A stretch of 31,129 nucleotides of DNA, from NCBI GenBank assembly GCA_046706015.1, contig JBJKPV010000123.1, positions 1 to 31,129 of the forward strand, written 5' to 3'. Shown piece after piece: positions 17,709 through 26,414 of this stretch. The DNA is from Stellaceae bacterium. GTDB lineage: Bacteria > Pseudomonadota > Alphaproteobacteria > ATCC43930 > CGMCC-115725. The first letter of the stretch is position 1. Every line of letters begins with the position of its first letter. The position numbers and the translations under genes were made by a program. The notes below the pieces were generated by a model. That model saw nothing but the letters and a program-made list of their open reading frames with translations, was not told the origin of the DNA and did not search any database.

Positions 17709-18067
17709 GGCCGTTGCAGGATGTAAGGATCGATTACCGGCTTCGGCGGCGGCGCGGGCACCGCGGCGATGCAGGCGCCTTTCACGCGCTTGCTGGCGGC
17801 GTCGCAGCTCGCGCGGTCGGCATAAAGGCAGGAGACCGCGTTGCCCGACTGAACGACGCAGAACGGTGCGCCGCCGGCGGGCGTGAGGAACTCGGTTGGA
17901 TTGGCCTCGCAGCGCCCGCCCTGCCGGGCCGCCTCGCGCTGACAGGAGGCCGGGTCGACATAGGTGCATTGTGGCGTCATGCCGGTGACATTGACGCAAA
18001 ACGGCGCTGCATAAGCGGGACCCGCCGCCAGCAGCGCATAGGAGGCGAGGAGAAGAGCGATTTTCAT
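17702..18067 (-). CDS. Secreted 121 aa protein with two tandem 4-Cys modules (DUF3551-like)
   Basis: Signal peptide MKIALLLASYALLAAGPAYA, then PFC-x9-C-x7-C-x10-C twice and a Pro-rich tail. ATGA overlap with the flippase stop. Confidence 0.8.
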   Translation of the reverse strand: MKIALLLASYALLAAGPAYAAPFCVNVTGMTPQCTYVDPASCQREAARQGGRCEANPTEFLTPAGGAPFCVVQSGNAVSCLYADRASCDAASKRVKGACIAAVPAPPPKPVIDPYILQRPY

Positions 18068-19416
18068 GGGCTCACCTTCTGCAATCGCTGAATCGAGCGT
18101 GCCATCAGCGCGAGGAGCGTGGCGGAGCTCAGCGCCTGGGCGACGCTGTAGCAAAGGATCGCCGAGGGCGCGCGCAGCCCGAAATGGATCGACACCGCGA
18201 AGACGCCGAGAATGAGGAGGAGGCGTCCGAACTGCCAGCAAGCGGCGAGCGACTGCTTCTCGAGCAGCTGAAGCGTGTGAAAAACCGGCATGACCACGAG
18301 CTGGGCGAGATAGCCGATGCTCATCGCCTGGAGATAGACGACGGCGTCAGCCCATTCCTGACCGAAAACGGCGGGAAAGAATGCGACCGCCGCCACATTC
18401 GCGAGCGCGATCCACGCCGCGGACAGCATGAATTGGCGGCTCGTCACCTGATAGAAGCGCGCGCGAAGTTTTGCCGGGTCGCTCGAAATCGTCCGTCCGG
18501 CCTCGCCGACGAAAACCTGCAAGATCGAGGTCGCGACCAGCGCCAAGGGTCGTGCGACCACGCGCTCGGCCAGAAAGATGAAGCCGGCGATGCGTGCCGA
18601 GTATTCCCACGACACCAGCAAGAAGAGCAGCTGATTGCCGCCGGCCGCATCGATCAAGGCCGCCCAGCTCGCGATCAGCGGGAAATGGCGATAGCGCCAG
18701 GCGAGCGCGCGCATCTTCGTCAGCGACACGCTGCGCAAGCGCAGGCGCTGCCCGCCTCCGACCTTCCACAGCAAGCCGAAGGTACCCGCGGATTGGCCAA
18801 GGATGGACCCAATGACGAGGCCCGGCGCACCCAGGCTGGTGGCGCCAAGCCCAATCTGCGTCAAGGGACCGACGATTCCTTGGCTGATCCGTGTTTGGGC
18901 GATCGCGCGAAAGCTGCCGTGCCGCGTCGCCATGTAGAGCGCGATATAATAGCCGCCGAGGCAGAAAAACCCGGTAACGAGGAGCGCGCGGTAGAGATCG
19001 ATGCGGTCGAAATCGATCGGCGTCGGCCACAACGCCTGGATCGAGGCTTGCGGCAGAGCGAAGGCCACGATGGCGAGGAGGGACGTTGCCGCGAGCAATG
19101 CGCAGCCGCACACGGCCATGAGGTTGACCGCATCGTCGTCGGTGGGTGCCAAAGGCAAGGTGAGGTCGTAGCGGAGCGAGCTCAGCACGACGAAGATCGC
19201 GAGAATCGCGGTATAGACGCTCAAGACGCCAAATTGCTGCGGGGAATAGAGCCGCGTCAGCGCGGGGGCGAGCGCGACGCTCATCGCCTGTCCGCCCGCG
19301 GCGCCGGTCAGCATGATGGAGACATTCTTCAGAAAGGGGCGACGGGCGAGCGCCGCACTCAGCCGGCGGAGCGCCGCGAGCGGCGCGATGGCGCGTCCTG
19401 CCTCTTCGATGGGCAC
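18064..19416 (-). CDS. wzx: Wzx flippase (polysaccharide biosynthesis / MOP superfamily)
   Basis: Multi-TM protein with PALTRLYSPQQFGVLSVY, LRYDLTLPL, YRHFPL and PAVFGQEWADAVVYLQ. The GTG start at 19416 is an estimate; the ORF is open to 19590. Confidence 0.88.
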   Translation of the reverse strand: MPIEEAGRAIAPLAALRRLSAALARRPFLKNVSIMLTGAAGGQAMSVALAPALTRLYSPQQFGVLSVYTAILAIFVVLSSLRYDLTLPLAPTDDDAVNLMAVCGCALLAATSLLAIVAFALPQASIQALWPTPIDFDRIDLYRALLVTGFFCLGGYYIALYMATRHGSFRAIAQTRISQGIVGPLTQIGLGATSLGAPGLVIGSILGQSAGTFGLLWKVGGGQRLRLRSVSLTKMRALAWRYRHFPLIASWAALIDAAGGNQLLFLLVSWEYSARIAGFIFLAERVVARPLALVATSILQVFVGEAGRTISSDPAKLRARFYQVTSRQFMLSAAWIALANVAAVAFFPAVFGQEWADAVVYLQAMSIGYLAQLVVMPVFHTLQLLEKQSLAACWQFGRLLLILGVFAVSIHFGLRAPSAILCYSVAQALSSATLLALMARSIQRLQKVSP

Positions 19417-19911
19417 CGTGCTCGACGCGCATGCAGCATCGCTCTCGCTTCTTTGTTCGGAAGAGCGCAAGACGAGTCGGGATGAAGGTCGCGACAATCT
19501 TCGCGTCGCACGAAGCACGAAATCGCGTGCCGTCAATGAGTTTCGAATGTCCGTCACTAGACGCATTTCCGAACTGATTGACAACGTCAAAGCGCGGGCC
19601 GCGTTCCTCGAAACGCGCGCGAAAGCGACGGATCACAGCGATGTCACACGGTCGACTGCGTGCTTGCCAGTTTCGCGAGCACTCGGCCGCGTTCGCGCAG
19701 TCACGCCGATATCACACCGACACTGCAAGGAATTGCGCGTTAATACGATGCCATCGATCGACCGTCACGCAGGACGACACAATCGCGCAAATGACGAGAA
19801 TGGGCGAGACCGTGTTCGAGAGATTCGTTGTCGCGGCGGGGTCGCGCCAAATCCGGCGCAGCGGATCCGGGTCCGGCGCGCCCCGGCCGACGCGCCATTA
19901 GGCAAGCCGCA

Positions 19912-21540
19912 ATGTCGATGTTCGCTGGGGTCGCCAGTCGCCATTCTGGCGAGCAGGACTCCTATCTTCATCGCGTGGCGCCACTGGCGCTGCTTGCGGG
20001 CGCGCTTGCGATCTTCACGCTGCTGCGAGCCCTTCTTCTTGCCGTGGCGACGAGCGCCGCGATCGATTGCCTCGGCCTCGACATCATTACTTTTGCCGGC
20101 GCCGCGCTTTTGGCCGGCATTCGCTACCAGGAGATCGCACCTTTTGCACGGCCGCTGTTGCGGGGGATCGGTGCTGTCGTTCTGGTTCAGGTCGCGTTCG
20201 ATGTCGTCGCGTTGATCGACGACCCGGTAAGCATGACATCGGGCGCCAACGGCGCCTTTTTTGGGGCCGGCGGCGTGCTGGCGTTGATCGCCGGCATCGG
20301 CGCCCTGTGGCGTCCGAGCTTTCTCCTTCCGCTCTTCTTTCACTACGTGGCATTTCGCCACCAGCTGAGCATTGTCGGCGGCATCGAGATATCCCAAACG
20401 GATTACCTGAGCATGCTCGATATCGGCGAGTTCATCGCGCTCGGCACGCTCTTGGTCGCATACGTGACGCGGCCGGCCTTCCTCGGCCGGTTCGGTTCGG
20501 TGAGCGTCAATGCCGCTGAATTGCGCGCCGGCGCCTGTGCGCTCATCGTCGCCTGGGCGATCGGCGCGCATCTGGGAAATTATTTCGTCTCCGGCTGGAC
20601 CAAGATACGCGCCGGCGGTGCCGATCCGCTCTTTTGGCTTCTCCACAATCCGACTCAGACCGCGATCCTCATCGGGCTCGAGCGCGGCGACAACATCTTG
20701 GCCGCCTGGCCTTGGCTCGTCCAGCTGAGCTGGGACGCGATTACCAAGCTCCTCATCCCGGTCAACATCTTCGTACTCGGCACGCAGTTTCTGGTGCCGC
20801 TCGCCGCGCTGCACCGCCGCGCGCTGATGGTTTTCACCGTCCTCTTCGACCTCTTTCACGTCGTCGTCTATTTCACCCTGGGCGCGGCGTTCTTTTTCTG
20901 GGTCGCGGTCAATATCCTCATCTATCTGTCGCTGAAGCGGATCGACGACCGCGCCTGGACGCCGGCGCTGAGCCTCGTCACGATCGCGGCGATCCTGACG
21001 GCGCATTGGACCTTCTATACGAGCCATCTTGGCTGGCTCGACACCGCGAAGCTGGCCAGTCCGCGCTTCTTTGCCGAAACCCGCGACGGGCGCGAGGTTC
21101 CGGTTCCGTCGGTCTATTTCGGGAATGTGTCCTATTCGATTGCGCAGACCGCGATGTACGTCCCCGACGACAATTTCGCGATGCGTGTCGGCGGCAACAC
21201 GCATGACCCCTCGGCTTGGCGACGCGCGCAGCGCTGCACGCCCGATTTCGTCCATCGCCAGGACACGGGCGTGGGTCTGCCGGCGGTCGAGAGCATGGTG
21301 CGGGGCGCCGACGCCGCGATGCGCCGCCATCCGATCGTCAAGAATGACAATCTCTATTACTTCTACCCCTACCACATGGTTGCCAACCCGATGATGTTCG
21401 CGGCCTTCAATCGGTTGAAGATCGGCGACATCGTGCGTTACCACTATGTGGTCGAGTCGGTTTGCCTCGGGCTGAAGCACGGCAAGCTGGTCCGCGACGT
21501 CCTCAAGCGAACGGATTTCCCGATCGATGTCGGCCGCTGA
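19912..21540 (+). CDS. HTTM-like (vitamin-K-dependent carboxylase / LMF superfamily) polytopic membrane protein with a C-terminal soluble domain
   Basis: About 10 hydrophobic segments. NYFVSGWTKI...W matches the HTTM Y..(S/A)G..K motif and LFDLFHVVVYFTLGAAFFFW matches FH....G..F. It overlaps a DCC gene, a known HTTM neighbour. Confidence 0.65.
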   Translation: MSMFAGVASRHSGEQDSYLHRVAPLALLAGALAIFTLLRALLLAVATSAAIDCLGLDIITFAGAALLAGIRYQEIAPFARPLLRGIGAVVLVQVAFDVVALIDDPVSMTSGANGAFFGAGGVLALIAGIGALWRPSFLLPLFFHYVAFRHQLSIVGGIEISQTDYLSMLDIGEFIALGTLLVAYVTRPAFLGRFGSVSVNAAELRAGACALIVAWAIGAHLGNYFVSGWTKIRAGGADPLFWLLHNPTQTAILIGLERGDNILAAWPWLVQLSWDAITKLLIPVNIFVLGTQFLVPLAALHRRALMVFTVLFDLFHVVVYFTLGAAFFFWVAVNILIYLSLKRIDDRAWTPALSLVTIAAILTAHWTFYTSHLGWLDTAKLASPRFFAETRDGREVPVPSVYFGNVSYSIAQTAMYVPDDNFAMRVGGNTHDPSAWRRAQRCTPDFVHRQDTGVGLPAVESMVRGADAAMRRHPIVKNDNLYYFYPYHMVANPMMFAAFNRLKIGDIVRYHYVVESVCLGLKHGKLVRDVLKRTDFPIDVGR

Positions 21541-21925
21541 CGCGACATCGCGCGATATTTGGATCATCTACGACGGCGAATGTCCGTTCTGCCGCTCTTA
21601 CGTTCTCTTCTACCGTTTGCGTGATCAAGGCAGGCGCGTCCATCTCCTCGATGCGCGCGCGGCCGATCCGGTGGTCGAGGAGATCCGACGCCGCAAGCTC
21701 GATCTCAATCGCGGCATGGTCGTGAAGATCGACGATCGGCTCTATTTCGGATCGGAGGCGATCAATCTCTTGGGGATATTGGGAAGCACCGCGAGTCTCT
21801 TCAATCGCATCAACCATATCCTCTTCGGCCATCCGCGCTGCGCCCGCCTGCTTTATCCGATTCTTGTCCGCGGCCGTCTTCTGACGTTACGGCTGCTCGG
21901 CCGACCATTGATCGACAGTTTCTGA
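21527..21925 (+). CDS. DCC1-like thiol-disulfide oxidoreductase (DUF393)
   Basis: N-terminal IIYDGECPFC is the DxxCxxC signature. Also YFGSEAINLL and C-terminal LYP..VRGR. It overlaps the upstream gene by 14 nt. Confidence 0.9.
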   Translation: MSAADATSRDIWIIYDGECPFCRSYVLFYRLRDQGRRVHLLDARAADPVVEEIRRRKLDLNRGMVVKIDDRLYFGSEAINLLGILGSTASLFNRINHILFGHPRCARLLYPILVRGRLLTLRLLGRPLIDSF

Positions 21926-21937
21926 ACGCCGAGGAGA

Positions 21938-23044
21938 ATGGCAATGCCCGACACGCTTGGCTTCGAGCTCCGCGAGGATGCGGGCTGCTGGACGGTTTCC
22001 CGCGCGGCGGCCAATCGTCCGGTCGTGGCGACGATCGTCATCCCCACCTATCGCGCCGCCGCGACGCTGAACCGCGCGCTGTTGAGCGCGTTGAGTCAGA
22101 CAATGACCGATATCGAAGTGATCGTGGTCGACGACGCGTCGACCGACGCGTCTTGGGATCTGGCGCTCGAGGCGATGCGCCACGAGCCGCGGCTGCATGG
22201 AATCAGGAACAAGCGCAATTGCGGCAAGCCGGTCGGAATGAATCGGGCGATCGCGCTCGCCCGTGGCCGCTGGCTCGCGGTCTTGGATGCGGACGATTGG
22301 TACCGGCCCGAGCGGCTGGAGATGCTGATCGCGTTGGGCGAGAGCACGCATGTCGATCTCGTCGCCGATAACCAGCTCTTCTACGACGCGGGCGCGTCTC
22401 GCGTCGTGGGATCGGCTTGGCCGGAGGCAACGGGCGCGTGGCCACTGAGCTTCGACGACTTCCTTGCAGGGTCCGATGCCTATGAGAGCTTTAATCTCGG
22501 CATGTTGAAGCCCGTCATCCGCACCGATTTCCTGCGTCGTACCGGGCTCGGCTACCAGGAGCGCGCGCGGCACGGCCAGGATTTCTTCCACCTCCTGGAA
22601 TTCTTCCTGCAGGGCGGAAAGGCCGTCGTCTCCGACCGGGCGCTCTACCATTACACGCTGCCTTTCGGCGCGGTCTCGCGGCGTTGGTCGCATGCCGAGC
22701 GCCGGCGATACGACTTTCAGACTGCTTGCGACATCAACCGGCAGTATCTCGTCGCGGCGCACGCCACGCTCACCTCCGCACAAGCGGCGCAACTGAAACG
22801 TCGCAATGATAAGCTCACATCACTCGAAATGTTTTTCCAGGCGCGCGAGCGGTTTGGGCAAGGCGATGCGACCGGCGCCGCGGCGAGGATCCTGCGTCGT
22901 CCGGCTACCTTGGCTTATGCTTGGCGGCGGCTGCGCCGCCGTTGGGCGCCCCAGAGCGCATCGCGCCCGATCGAGCGCATCGCCGCCCGCGCTCGCCGGC
23001 ACGCGCGCCAAGCCACAAGCGAGGTTTCCGCTCGCGTATCATGA
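21938..23044 (+). CDS. GT2 glycosyltransferase (ExoO/ExoU-like)
   Basis: IVIPTYRAAATL, VIVVDDASTD, GKPVGMNRAI, WLAVLDADDW and GQDFF motifs. Confidence 0.93.
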   Translation: MAMPDTLGFELREDAGCWTVSRAAANRPVVATIVIPTYRAAATLNRALLSALSQTMTDIEVIVVDDASTDASWDLALEAMRHEPRLHGIRNKRNCGKPVGMNRAIALARGRWLAVLDADDWYRPERLEMLIALGESTHVDLVADNQLFYDAGASRVVGSAWPEATGAWPLSFDDFLAGSDAYESFNLGMLKPVIRTDFLRRTGLGYQERARHGQDFFHLLEFFLQGGKAVVSDRALYHYTLPFGAVSRRWSHAERRRYDFQTACDINRQYLVAAHATLTSAQAAQLKRRNDKLTSLEMFFQARERFGQGDATGAAARILRRPATLAYAWRRLRRRWAPQSASRPIERIAARARRHARQATSEVSARVS

Positions 23045-25371
23045 AGAGCGACCAGAATTTCGCCGACAACAATTTCACCGTCTTGCGCCTGCTGCTGGCG
23101 CTGATGGTGGTGCTCGGCCATTTCCAGCTTCTCGCCGGCGTTCGATACCCACCTTGGCCCTTCAACTACGCGGCTATGGCCGTTGACTGCTTCTTCGTCG
23201 CGAGCGGCTATCTCGTCACCAGCAGCTTCGATCGCGATTCCGGCCTGTCGCGCTTTTATATCCGGCGCTTCTTTCGCATCTATCCGCTCTACATCGCGGT
23301 CGTGACCGCGCAGACCTTCGTCCTCGGCGCGCTCGTTTCGGGCGGCGCGCTCGCCAATCTTCACTCGCTCTTGCGCTATTTCGTCGTCAACGCCGCTTTC
23401 GCGAATTTCCTCCAATACGATGTCGGCTCGCATGTCCTGCGCGGTCTCGTCAATCCCAGCCTCAATCCAAGCCTGTGGACCCTCAAGATCGAGTTCGCCT
23501 TCTATCTCATTCTGCCCGCGCTGTGGTGGGCGGTGCGCCGTTACGGCACGTCTGTCCTCGTCGCGATCTTCGTCCTCTCGGCCCTTTATTACGGCGTTCT
23601 CAACCATGCCGGAGAGTACCGGCTCGCCAAGCAACTCCCAGGTCAGCTTCAGTTCTTCGTGCTGGGAATGGCGGTCTATAAGTTTCGCGACCGCCTCGCA
23701 ATCCCGCCTTGGCTCGGCCTCGTCGCGACCTTGGCCCTTGCCGCATTCTGCACGAGCTTGCTCGCAAGTCGCCCGCCGGTGATCTATCCGTTCACGGTCG
23801 GCAGCCTCGTCGCCGTCGCCGCGCTGGCCGCGCCGCGCCTCAGGCTCACGACCGACATCTCCTATGGCGTCTATCTGCTGCATGGGCCGATCATTCAATT
23901 GTCCCTGCTGTTCGGCCTCTACCAAGCCGGCAGGCTGGGGCTCGGCGCGACCGTCGCCGCAGTCTTGGTCTTGGCGGCGATCGTCGAGCGCGTGATCGAG
24001 CGGCCGGGCATCGCGGCCGGTCGCCGGCTGTCGCGGAAATTTGGGCCGCCCGCGGCGCCGCGTGTCACACCCGCAGCTTCGACCGCGACGGCGCGCGCGT
24101 TGGAGCCTGGATTCTCTTCCGCCGCCGCGGCGCCCGGCCTCACCGTCGTCGTGCTCAATGATTTCTGTCACGTGCAAGGTGGTGCGAGCAAGGTTGCAGT
24201 CGACGAGTCGCTCAGCCTGACCCGCTCGGGAACGAACGTGATTTTTCTCGGCGCGGTCGGCCCCGTCTGTGCGGAGCTTCGCCGTTCGGCTGTGGCGGTC
24301 GAGTGCCTTGGTCAAAGCGAGCTGCTCGATTTCGCGCGGCATCCCGGTGTTGCGCTTCAAGCCTTGTGGAATTTCAAGGCGGCGCGCCGCGCCCGCGCGA
24401 TCCTCCAAGCGCTGCCGCGCGACAACACGATTGTCCATGTCCACGGCTATACCACGGCGCTGAGCACCAGCCCGGTGCGAATGGCGCGTCGGCTGGGGTT
24501 TCCGGTCGTGTGCACGCTCCATGATTTCTTCGCGGCCTGCCCCAACGGCGCGTTCTTCGATTATCTGGCCGAGAAACCATGCCTGCGGCGGCCGCTGTCC
24601 CGCCAATGCGTCGCCGCGCGTTGCGACAAGCGTCGCTATGCGCATAAGCTTTTCCGCGTCCTGCGCAGCTGGCTTCAGCGCCACGCCGGTCGTTTCCCCG
24701 ACGCGATCGAGGACTACATCGCGCTCTCGAACCAATCGGGCGCGCTGTTGGCGCCTTACCTGCCGCGACAAGCGCGGCTCCATCATCTCCCGAACCTCGC
24801 CGATGTCGTGCCGCAGCCGTCGGTCGCGGCCGCGAAGAGCCGCGCGATCCTTTACATCGGCCGACTCGATATTGAAAAAGGCGTCCGGCTCCTCGCCGAG
24901 GTGAGTCATCGCTTGGGCATTGCAATCGTCTTCGTCGGCGACGGGCCGCTGCGCCCGGAGCTTGAAGCGATCCCAGGCGTATCCGTAACCGGGTGGCTGG
25001 GCCGCGACGAAGTCCGGCGCCACCTCGATCAGGCGCGCTGTCTCGTCTTTCCAAGCCTCTGGTACGAGACCTACGGTCTCACCGTCAGCGAGGCGGCCGC
25101 GCGCGGCATTCCCGCGATCGTCAGCGACATCTCCGCGGCGGCGGAGCGCGTCCGCGACGGCGTGACCGGCTGGCGTTTTCGCAGCGGCGATGCCGGCGAT
25201 CTCGCGCGCTGCTTGAGGCTGATCGAGGACGACGCCGTGGTGGCGGCGGCCGGCGACGCGGCCTATCGCGCCTTCTGGAGCGACGCCGAAACGCCCGACG
25301 TGCACGCGAAAAAGCTCATGGGTATCTACGACATCACCCTGCGCAGAAGGACCGCGGCGTGCGCGGCGTGA
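23041..25371 (+). CDS. Fusion of an acyltransferase-3 (OafA-type) membrane domain and a GT4 glycosyltransferase
   Basis: ATGA overlap. AT3 motifs RLLLALMVVLGH, DCFFVASGY, RRFFRIYP, SLWTLKIEFAFY and ISYGVYLLH. An Ala/Pro linker (~24030-24140) leads to a GT4 with QGGASKV, TLHDFF, GRLDIEKG and E-x7-E ETYGLTVSE. Confidence 0.9.
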   Translation: MKSDQNFADNNFTVLRLLLALMVVLGHFQLLAGVRYPPWPFNYAAMAVDCFFVASGYLVTSSFDRDSGLSRFYIRRFFRIYPLYIAVVTAQTFVLGALVSGGALANLHSLLRYFVVNAAFANFLQYDVGSHVLRGLVNPSLNPSLWTLKIEFAFYLILPALWWAVRRYGTSVLVAIFVLSALYYGVLNHAGEYRLAKQLPGQLQFFVLGMAVYKFRDRLAIPPWLGLVATLALAAFCTSLLASRPPVIYPFTVGSLVAVAALAAPRLRLTTDISYGVYLLHGPIIQLSLLFGLYQAGRLGLGATVAAVLVLAAIVERVIERPGIAAGRRLSRKFGPPAAPRVTPAASTATARALEPGFSSAAAAPGLTVVVLNDFCHVQGGASKVAVDESLSLTRSGTNVIFLGAVGPVCAELRRSAVAVECLGQSELLDFARHPGVALQALWNFKAARRARAILQALPRDNTIVHVHGYTTALSTSPVRMARRLGFPVVCTLHDFFAACPNGAFFDYLAEKPCLRRPLSRQCVAARCDKRRYAHKLFRVLRSWLQRHAGRFPDAIEDYIALSNQSGALLAPYLPRQARLHHLPNLADVVPQPSVAAAKSRAILYIGRLDIEKGVRLLAEVSHRLGIAIVFVGDGPLRPELEAIPGVSVTGWLGRDEVRRHLDQARCLVFPSLWYETYGLTVSEAAARGIPAIVSDISAAAERVRDGVTGWRFRSGDAGDLARCLRLIEDDAVVAAAGDAAYRAFWSDAETPDVHAKKLMGIYDITLRRRTAACAA

Positions 25372-25439
25372 ACTGTCGTTTCATCTTCGGTCCGGCCGCG
25401 CAGTCGGCATCGACCCCATTGCAGAAAGAGCCATAACGC

Positions 25440-26414
25440 ATGTTCGGTTATCTGTCGGTCGCACAATTATCGGCCGCGATCCGCGCCAAGCTGACCATCA
25501 TCCCCGACGACATCGATCTCGTTGTCGGCATTCCGCGCAGCGGCATGATCCCGGCCTATCTGATCGGCCTGTTCCTGAACCGCCTCGTCATCGATCTCGA
25601 AACCTTTCTCAATGACGGGCCGGCGCCGGGTCATGGCGCGCGGCGCATCGGCGCGGAGGTCGCGAGCCCACTCGATGCCAGGCACGTGCTTCTCGTCGAC
25701 GACAGCCTGGCCTCTGGGGCATCGATGAATGCCTGCATCGGCCGGGTCGCAGCGTCGCGTTTCGCCGGCCGGCTGACGAGCTGCGCCGTCGTCGTTGAGC
25801 CCGCGATGGCGGAGCGGGTCGATCTCCATTTCGTGCAGATGCCGCAGCCGCGCATCTTCGAATGGAATGCCTTCCACCATCCTTATATCGAGATGTCATG
25901 CTTCGATCTCGACGGTCTTCTTTGCGCCGATCCGACGCCGCAGGAGAACGATGACGGGCCGCGCTATCGCGCGTTTCTTCGCGCCACGCCGCCGCTTTTC
26001 AGGTCGACCCGTCGCATCGGGCATATCGTCTCCGCGCGGCTCGAGAAATATCGGCCCGAGACCGAAGCCTGGCTCGCCGCTCATGGCATCAGCTATGGCG
26101 CCCTCCATCTCATCGACCTGCCTAGCCGTGCCGAGCGCATGCGCCTGGGGGCGCATCACCGGCACAAGGCACGGGTGTTCCGCGAGAGCGGCAGCGTTCT
26201 CTTCTACGAGAGCGATCCGGACCAGGCGCAAGAGATCGCGCGCCTTGCGGGCAAGCCCGTCTTGTGCGTTGCCGACATGGATCTGCGCTTACCCGATGGC
26301 TTCCAGGTCAAAGCGCATATCAAGAACGCGAAATGGCATTTGCGCCGCCCCTTGGGTCGGTTCAAGGGGCAATTGCGCGAGAAGATGCGCGGCCTGGTGC
26401 GCTGCGTGCCGTGA
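25440..26414 (+). CDS. Fusion of a type I phosphoribosyltransferase (N-terminal) and a HAD-superfamily phosphatase (C-terminal)
   Basis: DLVVGIPRSG and PRPP loop VLLVDDSLASGASM. Then HAD motif I FDLDGLL, motif II VSAR, a motif III Lys (HKARV) and acidic motif IV FYESD. Confidence 0.85.
   Translation: MFGYLSVAQLSAAIRAKLTIIPDDIDLVVGIPRSGMIPAYLIGLFLNRLVIDLETFLNDGPAPGHGARRIGAEVASPLDARHVLLVDDSLASGASMNACIGRVAASRFAGRLTSCAVVVEPAMAERVDLHFVQMPQPRIFEWNAFHHPYIEMSCFDLDGLLCADPTPQENDDGPRYRAFLRATPPLFRSTRRIGHIVSARLEKYRPETEAWLAAHGISYGALHLIDLPSRAERMRLGAHHRHKARVFRESGSVLFYESDPDQAQEIARLAGKPVLCVADMDLRLPDGFQVKAHIKNAKWHLRRPLGRFKGQLREKMRGLVRCVP

Noticed and set aside
19791-19901. Short ORF (MTRMGETVFERF...) just upstream of the HTTM-like gene
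   Set aside because: It has no recognisable features and cannot be distinguished from chance within the divergent promoter region.
19765-21567. 600 aa antisense ORF opposite the HTTM-like gene
   Set aside because: It has the same mirror-frame origin, being rich in Arg/Asp/Val from reversed hydrophobic codons, and shows no domain signature.
22915-25305. 796 aa antisense ORF opposite the AT3-GT4 gene
   Set aside because: It is a shadow ORF of a GC-rich gene with no recognisable motifs. The plus strand carries clear family motifs.
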